Below, piece after piece: positions 7,816-11,003 of a stretch of 11,003 nucleotides of DNA; positions within the stretch are counted from its first letter, which is position 1; every line of letters begins with the position of its first letter. Both the position numbers and the translations under genes were made by a program. This DNA is from Arcobacter sp. (GTDB taxonomy: Bacteria; Campylobacterota; Campylobacteria; Campylobacterales; Arcobacteraceae). The notes under the pieces were generated by a model. That model saw only the letters and a list, made by a program, of their open reading frames with translations, was not told the origin of the DNA and searched no databases. The DNA is taken from contig CBFIGT010000074.1 of NCBI GenBank assembly GCA_965662175.1, forward strand, positions 1 to 11,003, written 5' to 3'.

Positions 7816-7897
7816 GTTTTAAAATTTTGTTGTTACTCATAAAAGTGATTATAGCATAAAATATAATATTTAAAGAAATTGTGTATTTGATTTTTCC

Positions 7898-7906
7898 CTC
7901 GTTCCC
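7898..7906 (-). repeat. Terminal remnant of the REP-like palindrome (copy E)
   Basis: CTCGTTCCC, identical to 6893-6901 and the reverse complement of the GGGAACGAG end. Only 9 bp, but GC-rich and located at a gene breakpoint. Confidence 0.55.
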
Positions 7907-8136
7907 TTAGTTTTGAAGATGTTATTTTAAGTATTGAAGATGGGAATTTATTAGATGATATAGAACATCCAAATAAAGATAAATATCCAAATCAAAATAT
8001 TTTTATAATATTAGTTAAAATTAAAGATTATGTATATTTAGTACCATATGTTGAAGATAATACTTCAATATTTTTAAAAACGATTATACCCTTAAGACAG
8101 ATGAATAAAAAATATAATAAAGGAGTTTCAAAATGA
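7906..8136 (+). pseudogene. 5'-truncated BrnT-like (RelE-fold) type II toxin, absent from the ORF track
   Basis: Translates LSFEDVILSIEDGNLLDDIEHPNKDKYPNQNIFIILVKIKDYVYLVPYVEDNTSIFLKTIIPLRQMNKKYNKGVSK*. In-frame TGA at 7888-7890 and no ATG/GTG/TTG before 8101. The usual N-terminal W..EKN..L...RG segment is missing. Stop overlaps the next ATG (ATGA 8133-8136). Confidence 0.8.
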
Positions 8137-8399
8137 AAAATTTAGATAAATTTGAACAAGATATTTTAAATAGTGTTGAAAGTGGTGAATGGAAAAGTAA
8201 AAATGATAATGAAAATAGATTAAAAGAGCTGCAATCATATATAAAAAATCAAAAGAAAAAAGCTATTTCAATAAGGGTAAATGAAAATGATATTTATGAA
8301 TTAAAGAAAAAAGCTTTAGAGAATTCTATTCCATATCAAAATATTATTCAAATGTTAATACATCAATTTGCAAATAATAAAATTAAATTAGATATGTAA
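8133..8399 (+). CDS. CopG/RHH-type (BrnA-like) antitoxin
   Basis: 88 aa: LDKFEQDILNSVESGEW...KKAISIRVNENDIYELKKKALENSIPYQNIIQMLIHQF. SD AAGGAG at 8120-8125; coupled to the toxin remnant. Confidence 0.8.
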   Translation: MKNLDKFEQDILNSVESGEWKSKNDNENRLKELQSYIKNQKKKAISIRVNENDIYELKKKALENSIPYQNIIQMLIHQFANNKIKLDM

Positions 8400-8418
8400 G
8401 ATTTCTTATTCATATTCT

Positions 8419-8518
8419 TCTCATCCCATAGTCCCAGATGGGGAATGCATACCTAAACTAACACAACTCTAAACCTCTTTTTAAATATGCATTTCAAAGC
8501 ACCAGCTTTGGAATGAGA
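8419..8518. repeat. Head-to-head doublet of REP-like palindromes (copy F 8419-8451, copy G 8486-8518; 34-bp spacer)
   Basis: F: TCTCATCCCATAGTCCCAGATGGGGAATGCATA (B-type). G: TATGCATTTCAAAGCACCAGCTTTGGAATGAGA (A-type; stem CATTTCAAAGC / GCTTTGGAATG, 10/11). Confidence 0.85.
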
Positions 8519-8607
8519 GGAATAAAGTTTCAAAATAAAAGGTTTTGTTTTATTGGTTTGAATATATAAATCCCTTAAAATAGGGTTTTATGTACAAATT
8601 TATAAAT

Positions 8608-8651
8608 TTGAAACAATTTTGAAACAATTTTGGATTGTTTTATGTTATACT
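8608..8651 (+). promoter_or_regulatory. Tandem 11-bp direct repeat over the -35 region plus extended -10 for the TRAP operon
   Basis: TTGAAACAATT twice (8608-8618, 8619-8629). TGnTATACT at 8643-8651. Confidence 0.7.
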
Positions 8652-8679
8652 TCTTCTGTACAAAAAAAAGGAGAATAAC

Positions 8680-9690
8680 ATGTCTAAATTATCAATCTTA
8701 AAAAAACTGTTAGCTACATCTGTAATAGCAACAGCAATGTTTACAAGTGCAAGTGCAGAAACAAAATATGTAATTGCAACAGCAAGTACTGGTGGTACTT
8801 ATTATCCAGTTGGTGTTGGGATTGCTACAATCGCTTCAATCAAATTAGCAAAAGAGCATAAAACTACTTTTTCAGCAATTACAAGTGCGGGAAGTAATGA
8901 AAATGTTGATATGCTTGATAAGGGTGAAGTAAACTTTGCTATTTTACAAGGTTTATTTGGTTCTATGGCTTGGCAAGGAAAAGATAAATATGAGGGAAAT
9001 GCTAAGAAAAATCTTAGATCAATCTCTATGTTATGGCAAAATGTTGAGCAATTTACTATTAAAAGTGAATATGCAAAAACTGGAAATATTAAAGATATAA
9101 AAAATCTTTATGGTGAGAGATTCTCTATTGGTGGAAGAAGCTCAGGTTCTAGAGTTTCATCTGAAACAATTCTTAGCTCACTTGGAATTGATTATAATAA
9201 AATGGATTTACAATACTTAGGTTATAGTCCAAGTTCAACTGCTCTTCAAGATGGAAAAGTAGAGGGTATGACAACTCCATCAGGTCCTCCAACATCAGCT
9301 GTAACTAATGCTTTTGCTTCAATTGGGGCTGATAAAATTAAAGTATTAGATTTTACAAAAGAGGATTTAGCTGCTATTAATGCAAACTATCCTGTATGGA
9401 CTCCATTTACAATCAAAGCAGGAACTTATCCTGGTCAAACAAAAGATATTAATACTATCGCACAACCAAACTTATTAGTTGTAACTGAAGATACACCTGA
9501 AGAGACTGTTTATTTATTAACTAAAACTATTTATGAAAATTTACCGTTTTTAAACTCAGTTCATAAAGCTACAAAAGCTATGTCTTTACAAAAAGCAATT
9601 GATGGTTTACCAATGCCTCTACACCCAGGTGCTGCAAAATTCTATAAAGAGCAAGGTATAAATATTCCTGCATCTTTAATCGCTAACTAA
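8680..9690 (+). CDS. TAXI-family TRAP transporter solute-binding protein
   Basis: ATG 8680 preceded by AGGAG. Signal peptide MSKLSILKKLLATSVIATAMFTSASA; IATASTGGTYYPVG, SAGSNEN, SIGGRSSGS, PLHPGAAKFYKE. The ORF-track TTG start at 8635 is less likely. Confidence 0.93.
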   Translation: MSKLSILKKLLATSVIATAMFTSASAETKYVIATASTGGTYYPVGVGIATIASIKLAKEHKTTFSAITSAGSNENVDMLDKGEVNFAILQGLFGSMAWQGKDKYEGNAKKNLRSISMLWQNVEQFTIKSEYAKTGNIKDIKNLYGERFSIGGRSSGSRVSSETILSSLGIDYNKMDLQYLGYSPSSTALQDGKVEGMTTPSGPPTSAVTNAFASIGADKIKVLDFTKEDLAAINANYPVWTPFTIKAGTYPGQTKDINTIAQPNLLVVTEDTPEETVYLLTKTIYENLPFLNSVHKATKAMSLQKAIDGLPMPLHPGAAKFYKEQGINIPASLIAN

Positions 9691-9726
9691 AAAAATAAAA
9701 AGGGCTTTATCTCCCTTTTTATTTTT
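9691..9726 (+). terminator. Intercistronic hairpin (intrinsic terminator-like / mRNA-stabilising)
   Basis: AAAAATAAAAAGGG (9691-9704), 8-nt loop, CCCTTTTTATTTTT (9713-9726): perfect 14-bp inverted repeat, mostly A/T. Confidence 0.65.
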
Positions 9727-9750
9727 ATATTCTATAAATAAGGATTAAAA

Positions 9751-11003
9751 ATGATACAAATAAAATATTTTAAAGAATTAACTTTTATTTATGCAATATT
9801 AATTTCATTATTTCATTTTGTAGTTAATATTTGGGGTGGAATCAGTGATTTATGGTTTAACTCAGCTCACTTTGCTTTATTGGCATCTCTTGGTTTTTTA
9901 GGTTATGAGTCTTCAAAAGGGGATAATAAAATCTCCATATTCAACATAATTTTTGCTATATTATCACTAGCTACTTTTGCTTATATGGTTATGTTTGAAG
10001 AGAGTTTATATGCTGTTGCTAAGGGGCAAATGAGATTAAGTGATATTGTTGTTGTTTGTTTAACAATTGCTCTTGCTTTAGAGTTAGTTAGAAGAACAAC
10101 TGGATATATTATTCCTGCAATTATAATCTTCTGTATTTCATATATTCTATTTTTAGGTCAACATTTTGAGGGTATTTTTGCCTTTGGTGGTATGAGTCTT
10201 GAGAGATTTTTATATAGAATGTTCTATACAAGTGAGGGACTATTTGGGCCAATTGCTACTATTTCATCTACTTATGTATTTATGTTTATACTTTTTGCTG
10301 CTTTTTTACTAAAATCGGGAGCAGGGGATTTTATAGTTGATGTTGCTAGTGCTGTTGCTGGTAAATATACAGGTGGAACTGGTCATGTGGCTGTTGTTTC
10401 TTCTGCACTTATGGGAACTATTTCAGGAAGTGCCGTTGCAAATACAGTATCAACTGGGTCTATTACTATTCCTATGATGAAAAAAGCTGGATTTAAAGGT
10501 ACTTTTGCAGCAGCTGTTGAAGCAGCAGCTAGTACAGGTGGTCAGATTATGCCTCCTATTATGGGAGCTGGGGCTTTTATTATGGCTCAAATTACTCATA
10601 TTCCTTTTGTTACTATTGTTACAGTTTCTATTTTACCTGCTATTTTATATTTTGCTTCTATTGCTTTTTATATTCATATTCATGCTAAAGAGCATAATAT
10701 AAAAGGTGAAGATAATGATATTAAAATTCTTCCAATTCTAAGTGAAGGTTTTCATTTTATTATTCCTCTTACTACTTTAGTTGGTCTATTGATTTATGGA
10801 TTTTCTCCAACTTATGCAGCTGGGATTGCAATTGGTGCTATTATTTTATCTTCATATCTAACAAAAAATAAAAGAATGGGAATAAAAGAGATTTTAGAAG
10901 CTCTTGCTCTTGGAAGCCAAAATATGGTAGTAACTGGAGTTTTACTGATTGCTGTTGGTATTATTGTTGGGGTTATAAATATCTCAGGAGTTGGGATTAC
11001 ATT
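9751..11003 (+). CDS. TRAP transporter fused 4TM/12TM (DctQM) permease, runs off the window
   Basis: SD AAGGA, ATG 9751 (MIQIKYFKELTFIYAILISLFHF...). LELVRRTTG, EGLFG, FILFAAFL, SSALMGTISGSAVANTVSTGSITIPMMKKAGF, AAAVEAAASTGGQIMPPIMGAGAFIMA. Confidence 0.95.
   Translation, partial: MIQIKYFKELTFIYAILISLFHFVVNIWGGISDLWFNSAHFALLASLGFLGYESSKGDNKISIFNIIFAILSLATFAYMVMFEESLYAVAKGQMRLSDIVVVCLTIALALELVRRTTGYIIPAIIIFCISYILFLGQHFEGIFAFGGMSLERFLYRMFYTSEGLFGPIATISSTYVFMFILFAAFLLKSGAGDFIVDVASAVAGKYTGGTGHVAVVSSALMGTISGSAVANTVSTGSITIPMMKKAGFKGTFAAAVEAAASTGGQIMPPIMGAGAFIMAQITHIPFVTIVTVSILPAILYFASIAFYIHIHAKEHNIKGEDNDIKILPILSEGFHFIIPLTTLVGLLIYGFSPTYAAGIAIGAIILSSYLTKNKRMGIKEILEALALGSQNMVVTGVLLIAVGIIVGVINISGVGIT

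Noticed and set aside
6156..8518. CRISPR array or integron attC interpretation of the palindromes
   Set aside because: Mixed orientations, irregular gene-sized spacing, no cas or intI in the window, and no attC core sites at the repeat ends.
8568..8589. Weak inverted repeat AAATCCCT-N6-AGGGTTTT
   Set aside because: Short, imperfect and single-copy; no function can be assigned.
8635..8679. TTG start extension of the TAXI gene
   Set aside because: It overlaps the promoter; ATG 8680 has the SD and begins the signal peptide.
10505..10702. 65-aa plus-strand ORF
   Set aside because: Alternative frame inside the TRAP permease gene.

Overview
AT-rich bacterial window; gene content and promoter style suggest Campylobacterota, Arcobacter-like (inference). 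Left to right: the 3' end of a probable type III restriction (Res) gene, an AEC transporter (-), a NYN/OST-HTH protein (-), a short asparaginase, a PAS sensor kinase and OmpR-type regulator, a ~2.4 kb accessory island, and a TAXI-TRAP transporter operon running off the window. The island stacks three unrelated type II toxin-antitoxin modules: Gp49/RelE-XRE, YefM-YoeB, and a 5'-truncated BrnT-like toxin with its RHH antitoxin. The most notable structure is non-coding. Seven whole, half or decayed copies of one ~33-bp REP-like palindrome (TATGCATTCCC-hairpin-GGGAACGAGA) sit only at accessory-module borders. Two of them end exactly at rearrangement breakpoints: the start of a ~130-bp duplicate of the regulator's 3' end, and the truncation point of the third toxin. 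This suggests an integron-like but attC-free, palindrome-delimited cassette-stacking hotspot (hypothesis; no recombinase is in the window). Also seen: two TA promoters with identical operator architecture, and a TGAAACAA direct repeat shared by the kinase and TRAP promoters.
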